Below are positions 40,082-49,020 of a DNA stretch of 64,000 bases, one piece after another (the first letter of the stretch is position 1; every line of letters begins with the position of its first letter). Location of the stretch: positions 1,440,001 through 1,504,000 of the forward strand of contig CAVYGB010000002.1 of NCBI GenBank assembly GCA_963767925.1, given 5' to 3'. A program made the translations under genes and the position numbers. This DNA comes from an uncultured delta proteobacterium (GTDB taxonomy: Bacteria > Myxococcota_A > Polyangia > Fen-1088). The notes under the pieces were generated by a model. The model had not been told where the DNA came from. It made no database searches and saw only the letters and a list, made by a program, of their open reading frames with translations.

Positions 40082-41059
40082 ATGGCGACGACGATCACAC
40101 CCATCCTCGGCCATGGCGGCTGTCGGCTGCTCCCCGCGCTGGCACTCGTCGCCGCTTGCCTGTCCGAGCCTCCTCAATATGAGGAGCCCGCGCTCTCGCT
40201 GCCCACCGGCGGCGCCGCGGGCACGTCGTGGCCTGGCCCCCCAGCCGGCGGTGGTGCGGGCGGGGCGGGAGGAAACGGCCCGCTCGGGGGGCGCGGCGGA
40301 TCGAGCCCGCCCGTGGCAGATGCGGCCTTCGAGCTCGACTCGACGGGACCGACGCCTCCGACCGCCCCCGCCGTGCGGTCCGATGGCTCCGTGCCCGATC
40401 GGCCCGCTCCCGACGCAGCTCCCGACGTTCGACCTGCTCCGCCCGCCGCTCCAGCGGTGGGACCAAGAGAAGCCGTCCTCGTCGTGGGGAACGCCGACAA
40501 TATCGCCGGCACGCCCGACGAGGCCCTGGAGGCGTTCATCAGCCAGCAGCAGTTTTTCGTTCTTGTCGCCGACGACTCGGACAGCACGGCCGAGTTCGGG
40601 ACGAACATCGGCCTCTGGGTCATCTCTTCGAGTGTCGCCGGCATGGGAACAAAGTACGAAACACTCCGGCAGCCCGTGCTGGTCATGAACGCCAATGTCA
40701 TCTCCGGCATGGGCATGACCGGTTCACTCGCAACTGGCGTGAGCGCAAACGCCACAGTCCAGATTGCCGATCCCGGACATCCTCTGGCCGGCGGGTTGAG
40801 CGGCGCCGTTCGCGTCTTTGAAGGCGTCGCGCGCAGCCACTACGGAGGACCCAGGCCGGCTGCTGCCGTGGTTGGCACGGTCGATGAACCTGGTCGCGCT
40901 GCAATCTTCGCCTACGAGGCCGGGGCGATGATGGTCCGGAACCCCGCGCCGCATCGGCGCACGGGCTTCTTTTCCAGTGAGCCCAACCTCCTCACGCCAG
41001 AGGGAATCAAGCTGCTGAAGGCGGCCTTTTACTGGACCTGGTCCGGCCAGGTGCCCTGA
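40082..41059 (+). CDS. Lipoprotein with a Gly/Pro linker and a GATase/ThuA-like C-terminal domain
   Basis: Lipobox 'VAAC'; 'EAVLVVG', 'WVISSS', 'HPLAGGL', 'IFAYEAGA', 'RRTGFF'. Confidence 0.75.
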   Translation: MATTITPILGHGGCRLLPALALVAACLSEPPQYEEPALSLPTGGAAGTSWPGPPAGGGAGGAGGNGPLGGRGGSSPPVADAAFELDSTGPTPPTAPAVRSDGSVPDRPAPDAAPDVRPAPPAAPAVGPREAVLVVGNADNIAGTPDEALEAFISQQQFFVLVADDSDSTAEFGTNIGLWVISSSVAGMGTKYETLRQPVLVMNANVISGMGMTGSLATGVSANATVQIADPGHPLAGGLSGAVRVFEGVARSHYGGPRPAAAVVGTVDEPGRAAIFAYEAGAMMVRNPAPHRRTGFFSSEPNLLTPEGIKLLKAAFYWTWSGQVP

Positions 41060-41081
41060 CTGCTCGCAAGCGCCCCACCGC

Positions 41082-41756
41082 CTACTTCTTGTAGGCTTCC
41101 GAGTCGGGGAGGGTGAGTTGGTTGCGGGGGAGGCCGGTCCACCAGGCGACCTCGAGGCCGAGGAGGAAGGTCAGGCCGGTGGCGCTGGTGCCGGGGATGA
41201 AGCGGGTCTGGAAGGTGGGGGTGAGGGAGAAGCCGCCGCTGGGGCGGCCGGTGAAGGGGTACCAGGCGTAGCTGAGGCCGAGGACGTATTCGGCGCCGAC
41301 GGTGCCGCGCAGGGGCTCGTCGGGGTCGCGGTCGTCGGTCAGCTGCAGGACGCCGAGGCCGATGCTGGCGTGGGCGGCGAGGTTGCGGACCAGCTCGTAG
41401 TGGGTCTCGAGGCCGAGGCCGAAGGTGGAGGCTGCCTGGGGGCCGTCGACGGAGGCGCCGAAGGCGAACTGCAGGCCCAGGCCGATGCGCGGGGTGAGGA
41501 GCTGGCCCAGGCGCAGGTTGAAGCTCGAGCTGCGCCAGGTGCCGAGGCTGTCGTCCTCGTCCCAGTTGTGGCTGGCGCCCGAGAGGAAGGCGGCCGAGAG
41601 GTAATAGCCCTGGCGCGCGCGCGGTGGCTCGAGCAGCTCGGCCTGGGCCCGGGCGGCGCCCGCGCCGGTGGTCAGCGCCGCGCCGCCGGCGAGCACGGCC
41701 ACCGCCAGCGCCAGCAGGGCGTGCCGCTCGGGGAACTGCCGGTCGCCCCCTCGCAC
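41082..41756 (-). CDS. Small outer-membrane beta-barrel-like protein, last gene of the TonB operon
   Basis: Signal ...AARA|Q; alternating beta strands; start uncertain. Confidence 0.7.
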   Translation of the reverse strand: MRGGDRQFPERHALLALAVAVLAGGAALTTGAGAARAQAELLEPPRARQGYYLSAAFLSGASHNWDEDDSLGTWRSSSFNLRLGQLLTPRIGLGLQFAFGASVDGPQAASTFGLGLETHYELVRNLAAHASIGLGVLQLTDDRDPDEPLRGTVGAEYVLGLSYAWYPFTGRPSGGFSLTPTFQTRFIPGTSATGLTFLLGLEVAWWTGLPRNQLTLPDSEAYKK

Positions 41757-41840
41757 GGCGTTGCCCGGCAGGCGGTTCTCGACCGTCCGATGCCGATCTC
41801 TTCGCGCGCGCGGCTGCCGCGTCTTGCACTCCGGTGATCA

Positions 41841-44687
41841 TCAGAACTCCCCTCGCATGCCGAGGATGGTGAGGATGGGAAGGCCCTGCTGCGGGCGGGA
41901 GTCGGAATAGTCGGCGTTGTACTGGAGGCCTTCGGGGTTGGCCCGGTTGTAGACGTTCTGGATGTCGAGGTACAGGCTCAGCATCCAGCCCTGGTAGATC
42001 CAGCGCTTGTCGATGCGCAGGTCGAGCTGGTGGAAGGTGCCGATGCGGGCGGTGTTCACCTCGCCGTAGATCGGGTCGTAGCGGTCGAAGCTGGCGTTGA
42101 ACACCGAGCCGACCACCGGGGTGATCGGGTTGCCGCTGACCAGGCGGAAGCGGCCGCCGACTTGCCAGTTGCGGGGCAGCAGGTAGCTGGCCACGGCCGA
42201 CAGGATGTGGGTCTGGTCGTAGTCGAACAGGCGCTCGCGCGTTTCGCCCGAGTCGGTGCGCAGGGCGCGCGACAGGGTGTAGGCCACCCAGCCGGTGAAG
42301 TTGTTGGCGAAGTCGTGGCGGGCCACCACCTCGAGGCCATAGACGCGGCCCTTGCCCCGGTTGTCGTAGATCAGCGGCCGGGGGCTGCCGTCGGCGGCCA
42401 CGTCGATGTCCTCGGTGCGGCTGATCAGGCGGCGCAGGTCCTTGTAAAAGCCGGTCATGTCGAGGGTGAGGTGGGGCAGGGGCTTGATCTCGTAGCCGAG
42501 CGAGTAGTGCCGGGCCCGCTCGGCCCGCAGGTCGGGGTTGCCGAACGTGGGGTCGTTTTCGCCCTGCTGGAGGTCGGGCTCCTGCACGAACAGGCCGGCG
42601 CCCCCCTTGACGGTTAAGCCGGGGACGAGCTGCCAGCGGGCGGTGAAGCGCGGCTGGGCGATGGTCTGCCCGGTGATGTCGAGGTAGTCGACGCGCAGGC
42701 CGGGCAGCAGGGTGAGGTCGGGCAGCGGATTCCAGTCGAGCTCGAAGAAGCCGGCCGGGCGCCACAGGGTCTGGCCCTTGCCCTCGCTGCGCCGGACATT
42801 CGAGGGGTCGAAGGCGCCCGGCGGCTCCCCCTCCTTGGGCGGCAGGGGGAGCTGCACCAGGAAGTCGGTCTTCGAGAACAGGAAGTCCAGCCCGTACACG
42901 AGGGCCAGCGACTTCGTGAGCTGGTTGCGGGCGGTGTCCCGGATCTGGCTGCTGTAGATGCCGACGTCGAGGATGAGCTGCCCGAAGCGGGCCTTGAACC
43001 AGTCGTGGCCCTGCGACAGGCGCAGGTTGTTCTCGAAGCTGCCTCCGGGGACGTAGCGGTAGGTGAAGAGCGACCGGTAAAACGTCGTCGAGGTGGAGAG
43101 CGAGGTCCCCGCCAGCAAGGGGTCGGCGTCGGCCGGGTTGGCGAACAGCAGGCGCAGGCGGTCGTCCGAGCCGAAGAAGAAGGCGCGCAGGTCGTGGGCC
43201 GCGCTGGGGCGGTAGTTGGCCAGGAGCTGGTAGTCGTAGTAGCGGGGCGCGGTCACCAGGTTGACGGCGGCGTCCGAGGGGACCACGGCGTCGAGGATGT
43301 AGTCGATGTACGACCGGCGGCCGGCCACCGCGAAGGACAGCTTCTCGTCGACCGGCACCTCGAGGTAGACGCCGGTGTCGAGCAGGCTGACGTCGGCGTA
43401 GCCCCCGATCTTCTTGGGGGCCAGCTTCTTGACCTGCACGTCGATGATGCCGCCGGTGGCCCGCCCGTACATCGGCGAGAAGTTGCCCGGGTAAAACTCG
43501 ATGGTGTCGAGCATGCCGGCCGGGATCACGCTGCGCAGGCCCCCGAAGTGATAGATGAGGGGGATCTCGATGCCGTCGACGAACACCTTGCTGTCCTCGG
43601 GGGCCGACCCGCGCACGATGAGCAGCCCGGCCAGCGGGGTGCGGGCCACGCCGGCGAAGTTCTGGACCACGGCGATGGGGTCGCCCATGGCGCCGGGGAC
43701 CTTCTCGATCTCCTTGGCGGTGAGGACAGTGCGGCTGACCTCCTTGCGCGGGCGGGTGGCGGTCACCGTGACGTCGAAGGGGTTGTACGAGCCGCGCTCC
43801 ACGTAATAGGTGGCGGTGACGGCCTCGCCGCCGGCGATGGTCTCGGTGGTGCGGAAGGGGAAATAGCCGGGGGCCTCGATCAGCACCTTCCACTCGCCGG
43901 GGGCCAGGTCGAAGAACTTGAAGGCCCCGTCGGCGTCGGCGGTGGCCTCGAAGCCGATCGGCGCGCTTGCCGGGAGGGTGCCGGGGGCGGCGCCCGGAGT
44001 GGGTGAAGGGGCGGGGGCGTCGGCGGGGGCGTCGCGGAACACGGTGACCAGCACGCCGGCCAGGGGCAGGCGGGTGCCCCGCTCGCGCAGCAACCCCTGG
44101 AAGTTGACCACCGGCTCCCGCACGGGCGCGGGCGGAGGTGGAGGGGCGGCGGCGCCGGGGGTGGCCGGGACCGGGGCGGGGGCCGGCTCGGGCACCCGGG
44201 GCTCGAGCTTGAACCGGTAGCGGTAGGTGAGCTGGACGGCGATCGGCTTGCCCTCGAGCTCGGCCGGCTCGAACTCGAACTGGTGGGCGGCGATGGTGGC
44301 GGCCTCGTCGAAGCCCATCCCGGGGGGGTTGGCCGGCTCGGCCACCCCCACCGCGGTCACCTGGCCCTTGTCGTCGATGTCGAGCAGCAGGACCACGTCG
44401 GCCTCGATCCCCTGGGCGGCGGCGGCCGCGGGGTACTCCGCCTTGATGAACCTGGTCTGCTTGGGGACCTTGCTCAGCTTGGCCGCCTCGATCTGCGCGG
44501 GCTGCCCCCCGGGAGGGATCTGCAAGCCGTCGGCGGTCTGGGCCCGGGTGCTCCCCGACACCCCCGCCGCGAGCGCGAAGGAGGTGAACGTGACGAAGGC
44601 CAGCGCGACCCTGCGGGCGGCGCGCGAGGCGCCGAGCGAGCGCCGGGGCGGCCGGCCCGCCCGGCGGGCGCGAAGGTCGGGGCTCAC
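41841..44687 (-). CDS. TonB-dependent receptor with a fused N-terminal TonB-C domain (myxobacterial type)
   Basis: GTGA overlap; TonB-C 'YPAAAAAQGIEADV ... FEFEPA'; plug 'IVRGS ... YHFGG ... FYPGNF..YGRATGG'; ends 'GMRGEF'. Confidence 0.93.
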   Translation of the reverse strand: MSPDLRARRAGRPPRRSLGASRAARRVALAFVTFTSFALAAGVSGSTRAQTADGLQIPPGGQPAQIEAAKLSKVPKQTRFIKAEYPAAAAAQGIEADVVLLLDIDDKGQVTAVGVAEPANPPGMGFDEAATIAAHQFEFEPAELEGKPIAVQLTYRYRFKLEPRVPEPAPAPVPATPGAAAPPPPPAPVREPVVNFQGLLRERGTRLPLAGVLVTVFRDAPADAPAPSPTPGAAPGTLPASAPIGFEATADADGAFKFFDLAPGEWKVLIEAPGYFPFRTTETIAGGEAVTATYYVERGSYNPFDVTVTATRPRKEVSRTVLTAKEIEKVPGAMGDPIAVVQNFAGVARTPLAGLLIVRGSAPEDSKVFVDGIEIPLIYHFGGLRSVIPAGMLDTIEFYPGNFSPMYGRATGGIIDVQVKKLAPKKIGGYADVSLLDTGVYLEVPVDEKLSFAVAGRRSYIDYILDAVVPSDAAVNLVTAPRYYDYQLLANYRPSAAHDLRAFFFGSDDRLRLLFANPADADPLLAGTSLSTSTTFYRSLFTYRYVPGGSFENNLRLSQGHDWFKARFGQLILDVGIYSSQIRDTARNQLTKSLALVYGLDFLFSKTDFLVQLPLPPKEGEPPGAFDPSNVRRSEGKGQTLWRPAGFFELDWNPLPDLTLLPGLRVDYLDITGQTIAQPRFTARWQLVPGLTVKGGAGLFVQEPDLQQGENDPTFGNPDLRAERARHYSLGYEIKPLPHLTLDMTGFYKDLRRLISRTEDIDVAADGSPRPLIYDNRGKGRVYGLEVVARHDFANNFTGWVAYTLSRALRTDSGETRERLFDYDQTHILSAVASYLLPRNWQVGGRFRLVSGNPITPVVGSVFNASFDRYDPIYGEVNTARIGTFHQLDLRIDKRWIYQGWMLSLYLDIQNVYNRANPEGLQYNADYSDSRPQQGLPILTILGMRGEF

Positions 44688-45643
44688 TGGGCCGCTCCCA
44701 GGGTGACGGCGCCTTCGGTCCAGGAGACGCCCCCCCGGTTGTCGCGCATCACCACGATGAGGCGCGAGCGGTCGCCGGCGTAGTCCTTGGTCTTGGCGGG
44801 CGTCCAGCGGTTGGAGACGGCGTCCAGGAACGGCACCTCCCCGGAGATGAAGCTTGTCTGCTCGCTGCGGGTGCTGCCGCTCTCGATGAACCAGGTGAAG
44901 ATCAGCAGCTCGTTCACCCGGGCCGGCTGCTGGTCGATGTCCTTGCCGTTGTACTCCTCGGAGGCCGCCTCGGAGGCCACCGCCCGGATCACGGTCTCCT
45001 CGTCGCGCGGCAGGGTCAGCGCGTTCTGCTCGGTGATGGGGACGAACCGGTCCTCCTCCTGCCGGGCCAGCAGCCCCTCGATGACCGGGTTCGTGTTGGG
45101 CTCGGTGGCGGGGTCGTAGCGCAGGCGCAGGTCGCGCACGGCGGTGACGGTCTGCTCGCCGCTGCGGATGACGAGCTTGATCTGCACCGGGAAGCCGCCC
45201 TCGCAGCTCGGGAGCTGGGGCAAAAAGCCGGTGGTGCCGGCGCAGAGCTGCCCGATCAGCGCCGGATCCACCGTGTGGGCGAAGCTGGCGGTGGCGCCCG
45301 CGCCGAGGTCGAAGGGGGGCAGGGTGACGCCCGCCTGCTCGAGCATCCCTGCCTGATCGGGGCCGATCAGGCAGGGATAGCCGTCGGTGGCGGGGCCGGC
45401 CATCGGGCACCAGCTCCACTCGTAGGTCACCGGCGCGGTGTCGGCCGGGGCATAGAGCAGGGCCGACAGCTCGGCGGTCTCGCCCGGGCCCGGGGTGGGC
45501 GGCTCGCTGCGGATGGCGAGCACCCGCAGCGCCGTCAGGCGGTTATAGGGATCGAACTCCTCGGTGCAGCCGGCGGCGCCGAGGAGGGCCGCGGCCAGCG
45601 GGACGACGAGCAGGAACGGCCGGAGAAGGAGTGGGCAGGGCAT
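44684..45643 (-). CDS. Receptor-associated lipoprotein
   Basis: Lipobox 'AAGC'; 'LRVLAIRSEPP'; 'RDNRGGVSW'. Confidence 0.85.
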   Translation of the reverse strand: MPCPLLLRPFLLVVPLAAALLGAAGCTEEFDPYNRLTALRVLAIRSEPPTPGPGETAELSALLYAPADTAPVTYEWSWCPMAGPATDGYPCLIGPDQAGMLEQAGVTLPPFDLGAGATASFAHTVDPALIGQLCAGTTGFLPQLPSCEGGFPVQIKLVIRSGEQTVTAVRDLRLRYDPATEPNTNPVIEGLLARQEEDRFVPITEQNALTLPRDEETVIRAVASEAASEEYNGKDIDQQPARVNELLIFTWFIESGSTRSEQTSFISGEVPFLDAVSNRWTPAKTKDYAGDRSRLIVVMRDNRGGVSWTEGAVTLGAAQ

Positions 45644-45647
45644 CGTC

Positions 45648-46612
45648 TCATTCCTCTTGCAGGCGAAAGCGGTAGGTGAAGCTCAGCGAATAGGGGATGG
45701 GGACACCGTCGCGGGTGGCGGGCTCGTAGGTCTCGGTCAGGGCGTGGGCCCGGGCCGCGTCGTTGAAGGCGGGGTAGGGCGCCTCCTTGATGACCTTGAC
45801 CTCCTCGACGGTGCCGTCGGCGCGCAGGCGCACCATCACCGTCACGTCCGCCTCGATCCCCTGCACCTTGAGGGTCTCGGGGTAAGGGGGCGAGCTCGGC
45901 TCCCGCCGCTTCGGCTGGGTGTACGTGACGCCGCTGGTGGGGATCGGCGCGCGACCTGGTTGGGGGTGGCGGGCGCGGCCACCGGGGGCGCCTCCTTCGG
46001 CACCTCGGTGGGGTCGGCGGCGCGCTCGGCGGTCTCGCCGGCGCGGGTGTTGCCGACGGCGAAGCTGGGACCGCCGCCCCCCTCGGTCGTCGAATCGAGG
46101 CTCAGGCCGACAACCCGGGGGGGCGGGGCGGCCACCGGCTCGGGCGGCGGTGGCGGCTCGACCTTCGCCACGGGGGGCGGGCGGACGGGTTTTTTCACCA
46201 CCGGCTCGGGCTCGGGCGGCTTCTCCTCGGGGGGAGGCGGGGGCGGGGGCGGCGGCTCGCGCTCGCGCACCTGGATGTCGACCTGCTGCCGGATGGCCTC
46301 TCGACGGTCGGCCTGGAAGCCGGCCAGCACCACCCCCAGCACCACGACTGCCAGGTGCACCGCCGAGGATCCGACCAGGGCGGCCAGCGCGCGCAGCGCC
46401 CGGCCGCCGGTGCTCACCCGCCCGCGGGCCAGGGGATCGTTGTCCCGCTGCTGGGCGGTGAGGGGGGCGGGGTTGCGGGCGGCCACCCGCTCGCGGGCGA
46501 GCTGACGGGCCCGGCGCCGCCGCTCCGGGTAGGGCACCCGGGGCGCGCTCGGGACCACCCGCACCCGGGGCAGGGAGGGGCGGCGCTTCTCGTCGGGGGA
46601 CGGGGACTCCAT
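45648..46612 (-). pseudogene. tonB: TonB energy transducer, frameshifted at about 45948
   Basis: TM 'SSAVHLAVV' and Pro-rich linker in one frame; 'IPTSGVTYTQPKR..PPYPETLKVQGIEADV ... FTYRFRL' in another. Confidence 0.85.
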
Positions 46613-46631
46613 GGCGGGCTGGTCGGGCGGG

Positions 46632-47069
46632 TCAGGGCGTGGGAACGGGGCTGGGGCCCCGCTCGATGTCGAGGGCGAAGGCCGAGACGCCGTTCTGCTT
46701 GACCAGATCGATCAGCTCGACAACCCGCCCGTAGGGGACGTTCTTGTCGGCGGCGATGACCGCCTGGGTCCTGGGGTTGGCGGTGGCCTCACTCCGGATG
46801 AGGCGCCCCGCCTCGGCCAGCGAGCCGACGTCGCGGCCGTTGAGCAGCAGCTTGCCGTCCCGGTCGTAGATCAGATTGATGGTCGACTCGACCCGGCTGC
46901 CGCCGCTGGCCGCCCTGGGCAGCTCGACCCGCAGGCTGGCCCGCACGATGGCGGCCGAGGTCAACATGAAGATGACCAGCAGCACGAGCACGATGTCGAC
47001 GAAGGGGATGATGTTGATCGAGGCCAGGACGCCTTCGTCCTCGGCGGCCGCGTCGTTGAGGGCGCCCAT
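46632..47069 (-). CDS. exbD: Biopolymer transporter ExbD/TolR
   Basis: 'INIIPFVDIVLVLLVIFM', 'ADKNVPYGRV'. Confidence 0.95.
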   Translation of the reverse strand: MGALNDAAAEDEGVLASINIIPFVDIVLVLLVIFMLTSAAIVRASLRVELPRAASGGSRVESTINLIYDRDGKLLLNGRDVGSLAEAGRLIRSEATANPRTQAVIAADKNVPYGRVVELIDLVKQNGVSAFALDIERGPSPVPTP

Positions 47070-47082
47070 CGCGTCTGTTCCC

Positions 47083-47742
47083 CTACTCGGCGGCGGCCCG
47101 CTGCACGTCGGTCGACTTCAGCTCCGACAGCAGGATGCGGGCCAGGAGCTGCGAGCTGGTCACGGCGTCCTTGACCTTGCCCTTGAACACGTTGAAGGCG
47201 ATGACCGCCGGGATGGCCACGAGCAGGCCGACCGCGGTGGCGATCAGGGCCTCGGCGATGCCGGCCATCACCGCCGCGCTCGCCTCGGCCATGTTGGCGG
47301 CCAGGTCCCGGAACGAGCGCACGATGCCGAGCACGGTCCCGAACAGGCCGATGTAGGGGGCGTTGCTCGCCAGGGTGGCGAGGAAGTTGAGGCGCTTCTC
47401 GTAGCGGCCCCGCTCGTGCCCCAGGGCCCCGGCCACGAGATCTTCGACCGACTCGGGGCCCTTCTCGTAGGCCCGCAGCCCCTCGAGCACGACGTTTGTC
47501 TCGAGGGCGTCGTATTTCTCCAGCAAGGTGGCGGCGCCGGCGAAGTCGCCCCGGTGCAGCAGCTTGGACAGGGACTCGCGCAGCGAGGCGGTGTTCACCT
47601 GGTGCCGCTTGTAGAAGATCCAGCGCTCGAGCATGACCCCGATGGAGATGACCGACAACCCGAGCAAGAGGTAGAGCACCCACTCGGAGTTGAAGATGGG
47701 CAGACCCAGCAGGGTCTGCACCAGTGAGCCCGTGTCATGCAT
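47083..47742 (-). CDS. exbB: MotA/TolQ/ExbB proton channel protein
   Basis: 'LATLASNAPYIGLFGTVLGI', 'GIAEALIATAVGLLVAIPA'. Confidence 0.95.
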   Translation of the reverse strand: MHDTGSLVQTLLGLPIFNSEWVLYLLLGLSVISIGVMLERWIFYKRHQVNTASLRESLSKLLHRGDFAGAATLLEKYDALETNVVLEGLRAYEKGPESVEDLVAGALGHERGRYEKRLNFLATLASNAPYIGLFGTVLGIVRSFRDLAANMAEASAAVMAGIAEALIATAVGLLVAIPAVIAFNVFKGKVKDAVTSSQLLARILLSELKSTDVQRAAAE

Positions 47743-48415
47743 GCGCAGCGCCTCCCTGAATTCCGTGCAAGAAGTAGTCGACGATCCGATCGGTCTGCTC
47801 GGCCAGCCGGCCGCCGGGGTTCGTGTCCCCGGGGTTGACGGCCAGCCAGCGCAGGAAGAAGCCGTGCATGATGCCGACCAGGACGCAGGCCGCCTCGTCG
47901 CGGTCCTGCCCGGCCAGCTCGGGGGCGCGCCGGCCCGCCAGGCGCAGCCACTCGGCCACCCGCGGGGTGTACACGTCCCAGCGGGGGGGCGGCGCCGGCT
48001 CGGGCCCCGATCCGGGCGAGCAGGGCAGCCCGAACCCACGCATGCGCAGGGCCATGAGGGCCAGCAGCAGCTCGCGCCGGCGGTCGGCCCAGCTCAGCAC
48101 CTCGCGCACCAGCAGGCGCAGCTTCTCCCGGAAGGGGAGGCCCCGGGGGGGCGTCACGAAGGTCTCGCCGATCTCCCGGCCCAGCAGCTCGACCAGGGCG
48201 GCGAAGATGCTCTCCTTGCTGGAGAAGTAGGCGTAGAGGGCAGGGGCCGTGAAGCCCACCTCGGCGGCGATCTCGCTCATCGAGACCGCCTTGTGCCCGC
48301 TGCGGGCCAGGGCCCGGGCGGCGGCCAGCAGGATCTCGTCGCGCGTGCGGGCCGCGGCGAGCGCGCGCCGGCGGGTGGGCGCTCGGGGGCGCTCGCGGAG
48401 GGCCGACTTAACCAC
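47735..48415 (-). CDS. TetR/AcrR family regulator
   Basis: 'SMSEIAAEVGFTAPALYAYFSSKE'. Confidence 0.93.
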   Translation of the reverse strand: MVKSALRERPRAPTRRRALAAARTRDEILLAAARALARSGHKAVSMSEIAAEVGFTAPALYAYFSSKESIFAALVELLGREIGETFVTPPRGLPFREKLRLLVREVLSWADRRRELLLALMALRMRGFGLPCSPGSGPEPAPPPRWDVYTPRVAEWLRLAGRRAPELAGQDRDEAACVLVGIMHGFFLRWLAVNPGDTNPGGRLAEQTDRIVDYFLHGIQGGAAHA

Positions 48416-48441
48416 GGTTCAACCAACTTAACACACATTCA
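48407..48441 (-). promoter_or_regulatory. Putative tandem TetR operator
   Basis: AT-rich direct repeat CTTAAC-N5-TTCA at 48407-48421 and 48427-48441, the first over the tetR start codon. Confidence 0.55.
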
Positions 48442-48922
48442 CCGGGGCTCCGGCGGGCGCCCCGCGCTCGGTCCACCGTCGCGGGCAGAAAGAGGGAGTG
48501 TGCCGCGCGCGCAGCAGAGTTTCGCCGAAGAAGCGCCCCGGTGTCCTCCGGTCCCGCCCCGGACTGTTGACGAGCGATGCAATTGTTCTCCGTGTGATCC
48601 CGGTCGCCTCACTGCGGGCGGCTCCTCCATGAACACCGGAGCGACGAAAAAGTGTCCCTGCCCGGCGTAGGTTCCCGGGGCAGGCGCCCGCACATCGCGC
48701 TGGCGGGGGATCTTCGGCGGGCGGGCCCCGGCGGGGGCGGGGGAGTCGAGCGGCACGTTCGAGAGGGAACGCGGCTGAGGGGAAGCCCGTTGAGGTCGTC
48801 ACCCGGTTTTCGAGGGGCGGGCCCCGGCGGGGCCGCTGTCACCCGATCGTCGCGGCGGTGCGCTTGTTCCCGGCGGACAGCGGGTGTTAGATCGGCAGCG
48901 CGTCTATTGGGGTCCAGCTTGC

Positions 48923-48999
48923 CACCCCGAGCAGGCGAGACCTGTTCGGGGAACCGGGCTCCCGGCTTCTCACCCCGAGCAGGCAGACCTGCTTGGGTT
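48923..48999 (+). other. Duplicated hairpin in the 5' leader of the 49021 gene
   Basis: CACCCCGAGCAGGC-GAGA-CCTGTTCGGGG and CACCCCGAGCAGGC-AGA-CCTGCTTGGG. Confidence 0.6.
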
Positions 49000-49020
49000 G
49001 GCTGTTCGGAGGAGGAAATC

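Noticed and set aside
41757..41841. Third frameshift: an ATG overlapping the receptor stop is out of frame with the barrel gene
   Set aside because: An in-frame GTG at 41756 gives an acceptable protein with a signal peptide, so this cannot be decided without reads or homologues.
48416..48920. Cobalamin riboswitch or Fur box upstream of the TonB operon
   Set aside because: No B12-box core or GATAAT-type inverted repeat is recognisable on the operon strand.
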